A stretch of 32,000 nt of DNA, taken from NCBI RefSeq assembly GCF_001545095.1, contig NZ_CP013213.1, positions 1,080,001 to 1,112,000 on the forward strand, given 5' to 3'. The notes beneath the pieces are model-generated. The model had not been told where the DNA came from. It did no database searches and saw only the letters and a list, made by a program, of their open reading frames with translations. Below are positions 7,337-18,580 of this stretch, piece after piece. Positions within the stretch are counted from its first letter, which is position 1. Each line of letters starts with the position of its first letter. Source of the DNA: Erysipelothrix larvae (GTDB lineage: Bacteria > Bacillota_I > Bacilli_A > Erysipelotrichales > Erysipelotrichaceae). The translations under genes were made by a program, and so were the position numbers.

Positions 7337-7366
7337 GAAAAAGAAAAAGTTGTGTTTCCACAACCT
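7337..7366 (-). terminator. intrinsic terminator after rpmG
   Basis: Minus strand reads GTTGTG-GAAA-CACAAC followed by TTTTTCTTTTT. Confidence 0.85.
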
Positions 7367-7374
7367 GTCTTAAA

Positions 7375-7524
7375 TTATTTCTTTTCGCGGTGTAACACGT
7401 GTTTGCGTTCACGTGGACAATATTTAACTACTTCCATACGTTCTGTATGAATTTTACGGTTGCGTGTAGAAATATAGTTTTCTTCGCCACATTCAGTGCA
7501 TTTTAAGATAACTTGGTGTCTCAT
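7375..7524 (-). CDS. rpmG: 50S ribosomal protein L33 (not in the ORF track, 49 aa)
   Basis: Hand translation gives MRHQVILKCTECGEENYISTRNRKIHTERMEVVKYCPRERKHVLHREKK. GGAGG RBS. Close to the remembered RpmGB-type sequence ...KYCPRERK... Confidence 0.93.
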   Translation of the reverse strand: MRHQVILKCTECGEENYISTRNRKIHTERMEVVKYCPRERKHVLHREKK

Positions 7525-7553
7525 TGAATCATACCTCCAAACTTTGCTGTACC

Positions 7554-7562
7554 ATTATATCA
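7554..7562 (-). promoter_or_regulatory. extended -10 promoter (TGATATAAT) for rpmG
   Basis: Minus strand reads ttttatATGATATAATggtac, about 30 nt upstream of the rpmG ATG. Confidence 0.55.
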
Positions 7563-7669
7563 TATAAAATTCTATCTGCATATAGGTTACCTTAACTTTT
7601 CATTCACGTCATTTTAGTGAAATCATCAGTTAATCCGTTTTATGGATATCTAAGGCTAACCTTAAGATC

Positions 7670-7697
7670 AAGAAGCGCATTGTCGCTTCTTGAAGGT
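7670..7697 (-). terminator. hairpin after the PBP gene (possible weak terminator)
   Basis: AAGAAGCG-acaatg-CGCTTCTT is an 8 bp stem. It is not followed by a clean U-tract. Confidence 0.4.
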
Positions 7698-7707
7698 TTG
7701 TTCATTG

Positions 7708-9729
7708 CTAGTGATTTGCCATGAAGTAATCTAGAATCTCTGGTGTCAAGCGTGAACAGATGTTTGTAAGGTCATAAGTATCACGATACGCACCCGCGTT
7801 TACACAACTTGTTGCAATTTTTGGATTGTCATAAGGTGCAAATGCAATAAATGCATTGTTACGAATTGCAATCCCTTCGCTGTTATAAAGCTGTGAAGTA
7901 CCGGTCTTAGCAGCAGATGTATAAGGTTTAGCGGATGTTAAGGTTCCACAGTTTGATGTGGTAACACAGGCTCTAAATCCTGCCCTAACCCGGTCAAGAT
8001 TACTCTTGTTTTCAATCTTATTAAGTACTTCAGGAACTGTTTCATAAACAACATCATCATTGTCATTATCAACAACTTTTTGGACTAGATACGGTTTAAC
8101 TCGATATCCACCATTTGCGACAGTACTGATGTATTGATTTAGTTGAAGTGTTGTATAACTATCATATTGTCCAATTGCAAAGTCAAGTAACATCCCTGAG
8201 CTTTGCGCCGAACCTTTATATCCAGTTGCTTCTTGAGGATAATCAAGGTTTGTTTTAACCCCTAATCCAAATTGACTGAAATAATAACGCATTGTACTAA
8301 ATGTATCTTCTAAATGGTTAAATACTAACGGTTGATTTGGAATATATACAGCACCACCAAGTCGTATTGCGACATTAAACATGTAAACGTTACTTGATAA
8401 TTGTAATGCAGTAATATCAGTTACACTTCCCAAGTTTCTCCATGATCCTCTGGGTTTTGTTCCTTGGATTAGAAGGGGTGTATCATAAATTGCTTCACCT
8501 TGTTTCATAACGCCTTCAGTAAGTCCCAAATATACTGTCGCTCCTTTTACAACAGATCCTGGAATCTGTGCATCAAGGAAAGGTGCTTGAGGATCGTTAT
8601 AAAGGTTTCCTTCAGAATCTTCCTTAATGGAAACTGATGCAAGGATTGCACCGGTATTTGGATCGGTAGCAACAAAGTTAATGGCTTCCATGACATCACG
8701 CCCTGTTTCAGAACGATATTGGCGATAGTAGTTCATGACAATTTCTTCAACTTTTTTCTGAAATTCCATGTCAATTGTTAACACAATATCATAGCCTTTT
8801 GATCCAGATTTAGTTTCGGTTAAATTACCATTGCTGTCGGTCATATATTCACTTTTGTTCCCCGAAAGGAATTGTTCATATTGATATTCAAGTCCAGAAA
8901 CACCAACGATATCATTGGTTGAATACCCTTTTGCGAGGAAGAAGTCAATTTTCTCAGCAGGAATTGCACCAACGCTTCCTACAATTGCTTCAAGACCTGT
9001 AATTCCTGTATATTCGCGATCCCATGTTGTTTGCCAACTGAATCCAGGATAATCAGCTTGATGCTCAGATAAATATGCAATTTGTTCTTGAGTTGCATTG
9101 TCATAAGTAATCGCAGCTTGTGTTGAAGTGACAGTATTCATTTTAAGATAGATGCTGAATCCATTCTTGTCTTCTTCGCTAAGCGTTGCAATATGTTGAT
9201 CTGTGACTTTTTCCAACTTTAATGCATAAATTTGAGCGTCAGAAAGCCCCAGTATTTCTTCATTTGTAACTAAATCATTTCCGTTACTATTTAAATAGAT
9301 GTAGAGATCTTTCAATTCACGTTCTGTTAAACTTGCTTTTTCACCAAATTGAACTGCAAACCGTGTCGCGAGATCCCATTGTTCATCACTCTCAATTGAT
9401 ACAGTTGGGAAGTATGTAATAACATTTCGTGATTTATTGGATACAAGAATATTTCCGCTTGCATCTAAAATTTCACCCCGCATTGTTTCTTTTGTTTGCG
9501 GTGCTGTTTCTTGTCGACGTACTAGTTCGGCGTAATAATCAGCATTTAATATTTGAACATCGTAAAGTCGTGCAATCAAGATTCCAGCAAGTGACACAAT
9601 GATTCCCATGAGTACAATTAAACGAACGTTTGCAATCTTCCGAATGTCGAAACGTTTCTTTAAATGACTTGAACTTCCTTTATAGTTGGACGTTGATTGT
9701 TTGCTTGTTGATTCTCGAAAATTCTTCAT
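7708..9729 (-). CDS. class B penicillin-binding protein (transpeptidase)
   Basis: N-terminal TM helix. Motifs SVVK (SxxK), SSN (SxN) and KTGTS (KTG). Confidence 0.9.
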   Translation of the reverse strand: MKNFRESTSKQSTSNYKGSSSHLKKRFDIRKIANVRLIVLMGIIVSLAGILIARLYDVQILNADYYAELVRRQETAPQTKETMRGEILDASGNILVSNKSRNVITYFPTVSIESDEQWDLATRFAVQFGEKASLTERELKDLYIYLNSNGNDLVTNEEILGLSDAQIYALKLEKVTDQHIATLSEEDKNGFSIYLKMNTVTSTQAAITYDNATQEQIAYLSEHQADYPGFSWQTTWDREYTGITGLEAIVGSVGAIPAEKIDFFLAKGYSTNDIVGVSGLEYQYEQFLSGNKSEYMTDSNGNLTETKSGSKGYDIVLTIDMEFQKKVEEIVMNYYRQYRSETGRDVMEAINFVATDPNTGAILASVSIKEDSEGNLYNDPQAPFLDAQIPGSVVKGATVYLGLTEGVMKQGEAIYDTPLLIQGTKPRGSWRNLGSVTDITALQLSSNVYMFNVAIRLGGAVYIPNQPLVFNHLEDTFSTMRYYFSQFGLGVKTNLDYPQEATGYKGSAQSSGMLLDFAIGQYDSYTTLQLNQYISTVANGGYRVKPYLVQKVVDNDNDDVVYETVPEVLNKIENKSNLDRVRAGFRACVTTSNCGTLTSAKPYTSAAKTGTSQLYNSEGIAIRNNAFIAFAPYDNPKIATSCVNAGAYRDTYDLTNICSRLTPEILDYFMANH

Positions 9730-9737
9730 TTATTCAC

Positions 9738-11069
9738 CTACAAATCTTGCATGCTCTTTTGACGCTCTTTGTTGCGTTCTTTCTTTTGACGACGAATATC
9801 ATCACGAATGATTTCTCTTCGTTTATGACGCATCAATTTTTCAATTTCATTTTTATGCTTTTTCTTGTAACGTGGTTTTACTTTAACGTTTTTGCGTTTA
9901 AGTTTTGCTTGAATCTCAGGATCTAAACGACGATGGCGTCGTTCAAAGTTAAAGAATGGACGAGCATCCACAATCACATGTTGCTGAATCCGTTTAAACT
10001 TAAAGGAAACATTGTTTTGATTGCGAATTCTTGAGATTGTGTTTTGATCCGAATCCGTTACAAGTGTAATGCAATACCCTTCACGCCCTGAACGCCCTGT
10101 ACGGCCTGCTCGGTGCATGAAAAATGAAATGTCATGTGCAGGAAGGTTTGCGTTGATTACGTGAGAGATCTCAGGTAAATCAATGCCTCGCGCAGCGAGG
10201 TCTGTCGCAACGATGTAACGAACTTGACCCGAACGTAACCGTGAGATTGTTTGTTTACGCTCACGATCGCTAATATCACCATGGATTTCAAGACATTCAA
10301 AGCCATTTTCACGAAGGCGTTGTGCAATTTCGGAAACTTCTTCTTTACGATTCGCAAATACAACCGCTAAAAGAGGTTCAATGGAACGTAACACCTCTGT
10401 GACTGCTTCATTAAGATCCCAATGTTTTCGATGGATTAATGAGAACTCAATTCGAGGTTTCATGCGTTCTTCGGTAGCGTGGATTTCAATGGGGTGGTTT
10501 AGATATTTCTTGATAAACGGTTCAAGTGATCGTGGCAAAGTAGCACTAAACAATAGGAATTGTGTGCTATCAAGCAGTCTTGATGCAATTGAATTGATTT
10601 CTTCAGAAAATCCATAATCAAAAATCATATCCATTTCATCAAGAATAAGCATCTTAATGGTGTCAACGCGCAATGTATTCCAAGAAAGAATATCTAACAT
10701 TTTACCCGGTGTTGCGATAAGGATATGAGGTTGTTTCTCGATTTTACGTTTTAAACGACTGTTGTCCATACCACCAATCGCTAAATCAATGGTAATACTC
10801 TCATCAACTTTACGTAAATCTTTGGAGAACTCAAAAATTTGCATTGCGAGTTCTCGCGTTGGTGCTAAGATTAAAGCTTGCGTTTCTTGCACATTAAAAT
10901 TGATCTTTTCACACAATGCAAAAAGGAAGGCATGTGTCTTCCCCGTTCCAGTTGCGGAACGGACGATCATGTCTCTGTTTTTATTAATTTGTTCTAATAC
11001 TTGTGATTGTACGGAAGTGAGGCTTTTAAAACCCGCAATTCTCATAATATCCTTATTAAGGGAATTCAT
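9738..11069 (-). CDS. cshB: DEAD-box ATP-dependent RNA helicase (CshB/YqfR-like) with a basic C-terminal tail
   Basis: Motifs SATGTGKT, PTRELA, DEMD (motif II), SAT and HRAGRTGR. ATG at 11069 has a GGAG RBS (the track start at 11078 is GTG). Synteny with trmK-sigA-dnaG. Confidence 0.85.
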   Translation of the reverse strand: MNSLNKDIMRIAGFKSLTSVQSQVLEQINKNRDMIVRSATGTGKTHAFLFALCEKINFNVQETQALILAPTRELAMQIFEFSKDLRKVDESITIDLAIGGMDNSRLKRKIEKQPHILIATPGKMLDILSWNTLRVDTIKMLILDEMDMIFDYGFSEEINSIASRLLDSTQFLLFSATLPRSLEPFIKKYLNHPIEIHATEERMKPRIEFSLIHRKHWDLNEAVTEVLRSIEPLLAVVFANRKEEVSEIAQRLRENGFECLEIHGDISDRERKQTISRLRSGQVRYIVATDLAARGIDLPEISHVINANLPAHDISFFMHRAGRTGRSGREGYCITLVTDSDQNTISRIRNQNNVSFKFKRIQQHVIVDARPFFNFERRHRRLDPEIQAKLKRKNVKVKPRYKKKHKNEIEKLMRHKRREIIRDDIRRQKKERNKERQKSMQDL

Positions 11070-11074
11070 ACTAT

Positions 11075-11722
11075 TCACTCCGTTTCTATGAAAGTTCTTA
11101 ATACATTAAATTCTTCTACAATTGATTGGTTATACTTTGAAATCTCAGATAAATGATTACAGCGTGAAACGAGATATTTTGAATACGCAAGATTATCCTT
11201 TGCATTCTTAAGAACGGGTCCGATGTATTGGTCAATTAACGTAAAGCTTGTTTGTCGATATTCACATACAAGAATGAATACGGGTTTATTATGGTCGATG
11301 ATAAACCGCTCATCAATAATTCTAAACCCATTCATAAACAAAGTTTTACGAAGCCAAGGCAGATCCGTATTTGATTGTATAAGGATTCGATCTGTTGTCT
11401 TAAATGAAGCCTGTTCAAGGATTGACCAGATTGTCTCAGCACCCATACCTGCAATTACAAATGTATCACAGGGTTCACTAAATTGTGAAAGACCGTCCAT
11501 TTTAAGTAACGTAATTCTATCTTCAAGACCGTAGTTTTCGACATTTGCTTTCGCATGGCTTAAAGGACCCTCAGCGATATCAAGTCCAAAAGCCAAAGAA
11601 ACTTTACCGGTCATCACTGCTTTTATAATCAACCATCCATGATCTGTTCCTACATCTGCAACAATTGCGTTGTGTGGAATCAAATCATAGATTAAATCAA
11701 GTCGTTTTGATAGCTTAATCAT
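11075..11722 (-). CDS. trmK: tRNA (adenine22-N1)-methyltransferase TrmK/YqfN
   Basis: LSKRLDLIYDLIPHNAIVADVGTDHGWL resembles the B. subtilis TrmK N-terminus. It lies downstream of sigA, as in Bacillus. Confidence 0.8.
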   Translation of the reverse strand: MIKLSKRLDLIYDLIPHNAIVADVGTDHGWLIIKAVMTGKVSLAFGLDIAEGPLSHAKANVENYGLEDRITLLKMDGLSQFSEPCDTFVIAGMGAETIWSILEQASFKTTDRILIQSNTDLPWLRKTLFMNGFRIIDERFIIDHNKPVFILVCEYRQTSFTLIDQYIGPVLKNAKDNLAYSKYLVSRCNHLSEISKYNQSIVEEFNVLRTFIETE

Positions 11723-13065
11723 TATTTACCGTCGATAAAATCTCTGAGTCGTTTTGAACGAGAAGGATGTTTTAATTTACGCAGTGCTTTTGCTTCGATT
11801 TGACGAATCCGTTCACGGGTAACGTTAAATTCCTTACCAACTTCTTCAAGTGTACGGGTACGACCATCTTCTAAACCAAAACGCAGACGCAATACTTTTT
11901 CTTCGCGTTCAGTAAGTCCTTCTAAAACCATGTTGATTTCATCACGGAGTAATTGATTGTTTGCATATTCATCAGGAGATAAGGCATCTTTATCCTCAAT
12001 GAAATCACCAAGATGAGAGTCATTTTCTTCACCGATTGGTGTTTCAAGTGATACAGGATCCAGTGCAATCTTTTGAATTTCACGAACTTTTTCAGGTGTG
12101 ATATTTTCCATTTCAGCAGCAATTTCTTCAGCAGTTGGATCACGTCCAAGTTCTTGGACTAATTGACGTTGAATTCGCGTAAGTTTGTTAATGGTTTCAA
12201 CCATATGTACTGGAATACGAATGGTACGTGCTTGGTCAGCAATCGCACGGGTAATCGCTTGACGAATCCACCATGTAGCATATGTTGAGAATTTGAATCC
12301 AAGTGTAAAGTCGAATTTTTCAACCGCTTTAACAAGCCCCATATTCCCTTCTTGAATCAAGTCAAGGAATAACATACCACGCCCAACATATTTACGCGCA
12401 ATGGACACAACAAGTCGTAAGTTTGCGGAAATAAGGATACGTCGTGCTTCTAGTCCGTCATAATAAGCATTTAGAATGTTTTCTACGTATGCAAGATTTG
12501 TCGGTTCATCTTTATAAAACTGTAACATTTCACGATGAATGTCTTCAACTTTTAAATCATCATAAGTTTCTTCGTCCATATCTGGATCAAAGTGTTCCTT
12601 ATAGATGTCTTTAATCATGACTTTTGCTTGTTCCCCTTCTTGTAATCGTCGTGCAATTTCTGGTTCATCTTTAGGATCCAAAAGATTTACACGGCCAATT
12701 TCTTTGAGGTACATTTTTACAGGGTCACTGATTCGTAATTGATTTGAGGAAGTTAATTCATTTTCATATGAGCTTAAGTCAACTTTGTTCATTGAATCAT
12801 CAAAGGGTTCGTCACCATCTTCATCGCCAATAAACTCAACATCATCATCACCTTCTGGAAGATCTTCTTCATCTTCGTCTTGTGGGTCAGTTAAGATGAT
12901 ATCTTGATCATTAAACCATTGGAACAATTCATCTGTTTCTTCTTCATTTAAATCAAGATGACCTGTTGCTTTTTCAACATCTTCATTATTAAGGACGCCT
13001 TCTTTCTTATACTTACGTTTTAATGCAGCCTTAATCTCATCCAATGTGAGTAATTCCTTAGCCAT
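11722..13065 (-). CDS. sigA: primary RNA polymerase sigma factor SigA/RpoD
   Basis: Regions 1.2-4.2 are near-identical to remembered B. subtilis SigA ([90 protein letters not shown]). Confidence 0.97.
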   Translation of the reverse strand: MAKELLTLDEIKAALKRKYKKEGVLNNEDVEKATGHLDLNEEETDELFQWFNDQDIILTDPQDEDEEDLPEGDDDVEFIGDEDGDEPFDDSMNKVDLSSYENELTSSNQLRISDPVKMYLKEIGRVNLLDPKDEPEIARRLQEGEQAKVMIKDIYKEHFDPDMDEETYDDLKVEDIHREMLQFYKDEPTNLAYVENILNAYYDGLEARRILISANLRLVVSIARKYVGRGMLFLDLIQEGNMGLVKAVEKFDFTLGFKFSTYATWWIRQAITRAIADQARTIRIPVHMVETINKLTRIQRQLVQELGRDPTAEEIAAEMENITPEKVREIQKIALDPVSLETPIGEENDSHLGDFIEDKDALSPDEYANNQLLRDEINMVLEGLTEREEKVLRLRFGLEDGRTRTLEEVGKEFNVTRERIRQIEAKALRKLKHPSRSKRLRDFIDGK

Positions 13066-14812
13066 TATTACTTCCTCCTTTAATTTTTCTACGTGACTTC
13101 ATGACAAGATCCAATAATTCCAGTTGCTCGTTAAACGTTTTTTGAGGAATGTCTTGTCGAATCCGTCGATTGTTTTTATCGGTCATCATTGCTTGAATCC
13201 GTTCAATGGTTTCAATGACAACACTTTGTTTATATACTTCAACACCTTTATCTTCCGCGATATTTGAGATAAATGATCCCATTTCTGCCGAGAGATCCAG
13301 CGAATATAAATCCGCAACCTCTATTTTATCACGAGTTCGGTAGATATCCAAAATAATTAATGCAAGTTCATGCGCCATTGGATCAGGAAGAAATCCTAAT
13401 TTATCACGATATTCATGCGCTGCTTGCTTTGATAGGAGCATCTGCTTTAAAAGTTCTCGCTCAGGTTTTGAAACTGAATAACGTGGTTCTATGAACTCAT
13501 AGTCTATCTTGGGTTGAGTTTGAGGATGTGATTTTGTTTGCTCTGAAATCATCTGTTGGATGATTGCGTTGTCAAACCCGGTTTTCTCACTAACTCGTTT
13601 AAGGTAGTAATTGCGTTCTAAAGAATCCGCATCCGATAAATGATCAATCATTGTCAGTGCGACACGTTTTTTATCTTCGAAAGATGTAAGTCCATAAAGA
13701 CCAATTGTGTAAGTGAATAAAAAGTCATACCAGCCAAGTGCATTTTCAATGCCTTCATTGAGTCGTTTGTTGCCGAGAGTTTTTACGACTTCATCTGGGT
13801 CTTTACCAGTATCATTATACCATACACTTACTTTAAAACCGCTACTAACAAGCTTTGTTCCGATTGAAAATGTTGCTTCATACCCTGCTTTATCGCCATC
13901 AAAGGCTAACATGACGTTTTTTGTGACGCTTCTCAACAAATTTACTTGAGAATCTGTGCACGCAATCCCAAGCATCGCAACGGCATTTTGATGTCCAGCA
14001 GTATAAAAAGCCATAACATCTGTGACCCCTTCACAAATAATAATGCGTCCCTCTTTTCGCGCAGTTTCTTTCGCATTATTGAAGTTGTAGATATGGTTTC
14101 CTTTAATATAGTTCTCTGTTTCAGATGTATTGATGTATTTAACGGTACTGTTTGGATCGAGTGTACGAGCTGTAAATGCAATGACACGGCCATATTGATC
14201 TGAAATAGGAAACATGATGCGATTATAGAATACATCTTGGATGGTATCATTAATGCGTATGATATCATTCGCAAGCATTTCATCATCTTGATACCCTTTT
14301 GCCCTTAAGAATGTATGGATTTTGTTGTTGGTAAGGGCTACACCGATGCCAAAATGTTTTATTAGATCATCACTATACCCACGCTCATGCAATGTATTTA
14401 ATGCTAATTTTCCTTCTTCTGAATTGAGGGTATATTGCGTGAAGGATTGTACTGTACTCATAAGTTCATAAGCGCGTTGTTTTTTTGGGTCGATCGTTTG
14501 TGTTTGTGAAGACTTATATTCAGACAAATCAATATGAACATTCTCCGCTTGCTTAATCACAGCATCCGTAAAACTGATGTTTTCAATGCTTTGGATAAAA
14601 CGAAACACATTCCCGCCAGCTCCACATACAAAGCATTTGTATATTTGTCGATCTGGTGATACGGACATGGATGGGTCGTGGTCATCATGAAAAGGACAAA
14701 CCCCCAAATAGTTTTTGCCCTTTCTTGTGAGTGTAAGATATTGAGATACTGTATCTACAATATCGGATTTTTGACGTATATCATCGATTACGTTTTCTGG
14801 AATACGCCTCAT
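13058..14812 (-). CDS. dnaG: DNA primase
   Basis: Zinc finger [13 protein letters not shown]...CFVCGAGGN and TOPRIM region EGVTDV...DGDKAG. ATG at 14812 (the track start at 14818 is GTG). Confidence 0.95.
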   Translation of the reverse strand: MRRIPENVIDDIRQKSDIVDTVSQYLTLTRKGKNYLGVCPFHDDHDPSMSVSPDRQIYKCFVCGAGGNVFRFIQSIENISFTDAVIKQAENVHIDLSEYKSSQTQTIDPKKQRAYELMSTVQSFTQYTLNSEEGKLALNTLHERGYSDDLIKHFGIGVALTNNKIHTFLRAKGYQDDEMLANDIIRINDTIQDVFYNRIMFPISDQYGRVIAFTARTLDPNSTVKYINTSETENYIKGNHIYNFNNAKETARKEGRIIICEGVTDVMAFYTAGHQNAVAMLGIACTDSQVNLLRSVTKNVMLAFDGDKAGYEATFSIGTKLVSSGFKVSVWYNDTGKDPDEVVKTLGNKRLNEGIENALGWYDFLFTYTIGLYGLTSFEDKKRVALTMIDHLSDADSLERNYYLKRVSEKTGFDNAIIQQMISEQTKSHPQTQPKIDYEFIEPRYSVSKPERELLKQMLLSKQAAHEYRDKLGFLPDPMAHELALIILDIYRTRDKIEVADLYSLDLSAEMGSFISNIAEDKGVEVYKQSVVIETIERIQAMMTDKNNRRIRQDIPQKTFNEQLELLDLVMKSRRKIKGGSNNG

Positions 14813-14818
14813 AATCAC

Positions 14819-16198
14819 CTATCCTTTGAGTGAATCTCTCAGTATTGTTTTGGCTTCTTCTAATGTTACACGATCTTGTTCCATGGAGTCACGATAACGT
14901 AATGTAACTTTCTTATCTTCAAGAGAATCGAAATCTACAGTCATGCAAAATGGTGTACCAACTGCATCTTGACGGCGATATCGTTTACCAATGCTTCCGG
15001 CTTCATCGTAATCACAGACAAACTCATCCATAAAGTCATGAAGAATTGTTGTAGCTTCTTCACTGAGTTTTTTAGATAGAGGCAAGATTGCAACTTTAAT
15101 TGGTGCAACTTTTGGACTGAATCCCATGACAATTCGCGTGTCATTTTCGCTTACTTCTTCTTCTCGATATGCTTCACACATCAATGCAAGCATTAAGCGT
15201 TCTACCCCAAGTGCAGGTTCAATGACATAAGGAATGTATTTCTCGTTGGTATGAGGATCTAAGTATTCCATGCTTTGTTTTGAATGGGTTTGATGTTGTG
15301 TTAAGTCAAAATCAGTACGATCAGCAATTCCCCATAACTCATCAAAGCCCCATGGATAATTGTAGTCAATATCTGCAGTTGCTACTGAATAATGACTGAG
15401 CTCTTCTTGGTCATGATCACGAAGGCGTAGATTATCGCGATCAATGCCCAAATCTACAAGCCATTGTAGACAAAATGATTTCCAGTATTCATACCATTTT
15501 AGATCTTCACCTGGCTTCACAAAGAATTCAAGTTCCATTTGTTCAAATTCACGTGTTCTGAAGATGAAGTTCCCTGGTGTGATTTCATTTCTAAATGATT
15601 TTCCGATTTGTCCAATTCCAAAAGGTACTTTTAGACGCATACTACGTTGTACGTTTCTAAAGTTTACAAACATCCCTTGAGCTGTTTCTGGGCGTAAGTA
15701 GATTTCATTTTTACTGTCTTCAACAACACCTTGATGTGTTTTAAACATAAGGTTGAATTGACGAATGTTTGTAAAGTCGTGTTTTCCACATACTGGACAT
15801 GGAATCTTATGTTCTTCAATATAATCTTCCATTTCTTTAAAACTCATCGCACCCGCATTGACTTCATGATTTGTAAATTCTTCAATCAATTTATCCGCAC
15901 GATGACGTGATTTACACGATTTACAATCCATCAAAGGATCGTTGAATGTATCTAAATGTCCACTTGCCTTCCATACTTTTGGATTCATTAAGATTGCAGA
16001 TTGAATCCCTACATTATGAGGGTTATTTGAAATAAAGGATTTCCACCATAATGCTTTCACATTATTTTTAAGCTCAACGCCTAATGGACCAAAGTCCCAA
16101 GTATTTGCAAGTCCACCATAAATTTCAGAACCTTGGAATACAAATCCAGATGTTCTGATATGACTGATCACTTGTTCAATACGATACTCTTTTTTCAT
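14819..16198 (-). CDS. glyQS: glycine--tRNA ligase (single-chain alpha2 type)
   Basis: 459 aa. The N-terminus [26 protein letters not shown] is typical of GlyQS. Confidence 0.95.
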   Translation of the reverse strand: MKKEYRIEQVISHIRTSGFVFQGSEIYGGLANTWDFGPLGVELKNNVKALWWKSFISNNPHNVGIQSAILMNPKVWKASGHLDTFNDPLMDCKSCKSRHRADKLIEEFTNHEVNAGAMSFKEMEDYIEEHKIPCPVCGKHDFTNIRQFNLMFKTHQGVVEDSKNEIYLRPETAQGMFVNFRNVQRSMRLKVPFGIGQIGKSFRNEITPGNFIFRTREFEQMELEFFVKPGEDLKWYEYWKSFCLQWLVDLGIDRDNLRLRDHDQEELSHYSVATADIDYNYPWGFDELWGIADRTDFDLTQHQTHSKQSMEYLDPHTNEKYIPYVIEPALGVERLMLALMCEAYREEEVSENDTRIVMGFSPKVAPIKVAILPLSKKLSEEATTILHDFMDEFVCDYDEAGSIGKRYRRQDAVGTPFCMTVDFDSLEDKKVTLRYRDSMEQDRVTLEEAKTILRDSLKG

Positions 16199-16227
16199 TA
16201 ATATACACCATCCATTTTCTTTATCTA

Positions 16228-16941
16228 TTATACACTAGAAATGAGTTTCCAACTATTAAATTTCATATCTGCATGATACTGAAGATATTCAATTAGAATT
16301 TCAATAAGATTGTCAAGTTTTGAAGACTCTTTGAGTGTATTCATATCAATTGTTTCTGCTTTAAAAATATAACGAATAAGTTTTAAGGTTTCCAAATCGA
16401 TTTTGGAAGTTAAAGATCGATATTCAATTGAAACAAATCCCCCTTTTTCAATTGAAAAGTCTGATACGTGTGCTTGATGTGTTATGACACACCCATCAAC
16501 ATAGGGTTCATACCCCATTTGTTTGATGATGGTAACCAAGATGGTAACAAGATAGGGTTTGCTTGGATCACGCAAATAGACATCAAACCAATTGAACCAT
16601 ATGTGATTGTGGTCTTCATCATAAAATCGAATGCATAATTCAGAGAGTAAGGATGCATAGACTAGCCAATCAAAATCAAAACGATGTTGATAGTAAGAAT
16701 CAATCAACTCCCCCGTTTGGATTCGAAGTAAAGCATCTTTACGGTATCGAAATCGATAGCGAACCTTTGAATATTCAAGACCGAGGGCACCTTGTTTTGA
16801 GTTTTCTTTGTAATACCCTGGCAGAACAAAACGCAACATTCCTTTTTCTTCTCCAAGAAAAAGAATCATTGCATCATGTTCACGATAAGCACTTACGGAT
16901 AGGACAAACCCAATGTCAAGATCATTCATATTCAGTTTCAA
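16228..16941 (-). CDS. recO: DNA repair protein RecO (divergent)
   Basis: Position between era and glyQS, matching size, and an N-terminal OB-like G-VLS-YREHD segment. The start is uncertain (TTG 16941 or ATG 16929). Confidence 0.7.
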   Translation of the reverse strand: MKLNMNDLDIGFVLSVSAYREHDAMILFLGEEKGMLRFVLPGYYKENSKQGALGLEYSKVRYRFRYRKDALLRIQTGELIDSYYQHRFDFDWLVYASLLSELCIRFYDEDHNHIWFNWFDVYLRDPSKPYLVTILVTIIKQMGYEPYVDGCVITHQAHVSDFSIEKGGFVSIEYRSLTSKIDLETLKLIRYIFKAETIDMNTLKESSKLDNLIEILIEYLQYHADMKFNSWKLISSV

Positions 16942-17821
16942 TATATCCCAATTGATTTAGGAGTCGACTCTTATTACGCCAGTTTGTTTCTACACGAACA
17001 TAGGTTTCAAGAAATACAGGTTGGCCCATAATGGTTTCAAGTTCAAGTCGAGCTTGTTCGCCAATTTTCTTTAAAAGTGCCCCGCCTTTTCCAATAATAA
17101 TTCCTTTTTGTGAAGAACGTTCTACCATAATTAATGCTGAGATAACCACTGCATTCTTCTTTTTCACAATGCGTTCAATTGCAACCGCAACTGAGTGTGG
17201 AATTTCTTCTTGGGTTAATGCTAATATTTTCTCGCGAATAATCTCTGCGATGATGAATTGTTCGGGATATGCACTTACAGTATCTTTTGGATAATACATC
17301 ACACCATCATCAAGATAATTTAAGGTTACATCAATCAATCGATCAACATTATCATCCTTTAAAGCTGAAATTGGCACGACTTCCTTAAAGTCTAAGTGCT
17401 CCTGTACCTCAACAATGCGTTGTAGAATGTGGTCATTAGAGACTTGGTCAATCTTATTCAATACGAGAATTACAGGAATGTGTGATCCCTTTAATTTCTC
17501 AATAACAAACAGATCCCCTCGCCCAAACGCTTCACTGACATCCATGATGTAATAAATTACATCTACGCCATGAAAATGAGCGTAAGAAACACGATTCATA
17601 CGCGATCCAAGCTCATGTTTCGGTTTATGAATGCCGGGTGTATCAATAAAAATGAGTTGGTAGTTATCTTCGGTTACAACGCCGATGATTGCATCACGGG
17701 TGGTTTGTGGTTTATTTGATATAATTGCGATTTTTTGATTTACAAGTTGATTTATCAGTGTTGATTTACCTGCATTTGGGCGTCCAACAATTGATATAAA
17801 TCCTGATTTAAAGTCTGTCAT
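16922..17821 (-). CDS. era: GTPase Era
   Basis: FKSGFISIVGRPNAGKSTLIN, DTPG, NKID and a C-terminal KH domain. ATG at 17821 has an AAAGGA RBS (the track start at 17839 is TTG). Confidence 0.95.
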   Translation of the reverse strand: MTDFKSGFISIVGRPNAGKSTLINQLVNQKIAIISNKPQTTRDAIIGVVTEDNYQLIFIDTPGIHKPKHELGSRMNRVSYAHFHGVDVIYYIMDVSEAFGRGDLFVIEKLKGSHIPVILVLNKIDQVSNDHILQRIVEVQEHLDFKEVVPISALKDDNVDRLIDVTLNYLDDGVMYYPKDTVSAYPEQFIIAEIIREKILALTQEEIPHSVAVAIERIVKKKNAVVISALIMVERSSQKGIIIGKGGALLKKIGEQARLELETIMGQPVFLETYVRVETNWRNKSRLLNQLGYIETEYE

Positions 17822-18215
17822 TGAGATCCTTTCTGCCAAATGAGAGCGGAAGGAGTGCTGCCATATTGGTTGTCATTTCTTCTTTTCCATTTGATAAATA
17901 AATGGGTGTATCTTCTTCAAGTAGTTCACTAAGTACTTGTCTACAAATGCCACAAGGACCTGCTAAGATTGAACCATCTGTTACAATGGCGATGGATTCA
18001 ATATCTTCTTTTCGATACCCATTTGAATAACATGCAAATACAGCACTGCGTTCGCCACAGTTGGTTGCACCAAATGATGCATTTTCAATATTTGCACCTA
18101 AAAAATAATGGCCATCTTTTGTTTTTACACAACTTCCAACATGGTAGTTAGAATACGGTGCATAGGCATTATGCATAGCGACAAATGCTTTTTCGATTAC
18201 GACATCTTTGGTCAT
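17808..18215 (-). CDS. cdd: cytidine deaminase
   Basis: Zinc motifs CGERSA and PCGICRQ. 135 aa. Confidence 0.95.
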   Translation of the reverse strand: MTKDVVIEKAFVAMHNAYAPYSNYHVGSCVKTKDGHYFLGANIENASFGATNCGERSAVFACYSNGYRKEDIESIAIVTDGSILAGPCGICRQVLSELLEEDTPIYLSNGKEEMTTNMAALLPLSFGRKDLNDRL

Positions 18216-18580
18216 AGTATTTTTCCTCCAAGAATAACGACTCCCACTACGACTGCATACAACGCTGCTAGAAGTACAGCTGCTGCAGCAATATCTTTAA
18301 TTTCTTTTACATGCAAATCATATTTTTTAATTAACAAATCACAGATGTCTTCAATTGCGGAATTTAAGAACTCCGCAATCAGCACAATAAATATAGCACT
18401 GATAATAAATAGCCATTCAATTACGGAAATTCCTATAAAAGAAAACAAAATAATAGATATAAGTGCAAAGATGACTTGAATTAGGATGCTTCGATCATAG
18501 CGAATTCCTGCATAAAAACCTTGAAATGCACATCTGAATTTGTAAATGGTACGTTTAAGAACGTCTAATATCGAGTGCAT
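18212..18580 (-). CDS. dgkA: diacylglycerol/undecaprenol kinase DgkA
   Basis: About 122 aa three-TM protein with EFLNSAIE and AAAAVL segments. ATG at 18580 has an AAGGAG RBS. The track ORF start (18664) is an extension into ybeY. Confidence 0.88.
   Translation of the reverse strand: MHSILDVLKRTIYKFRCAFQGFYAGIRYDRSILIQVIFALISIILFSFIGISVIEWLFIISAIFIVLIAEFLNSAIEDICDLLIKKYDLHVKEIKDIAAAAVLLAALYAVVVGVVILGGKIL

Noticed and set aside
7625-7705. 21-codon ORF starting right after the PBP stop codon
   Set aside because: It has no RBS. It overlaps the hairpin and is most simply intergenic.
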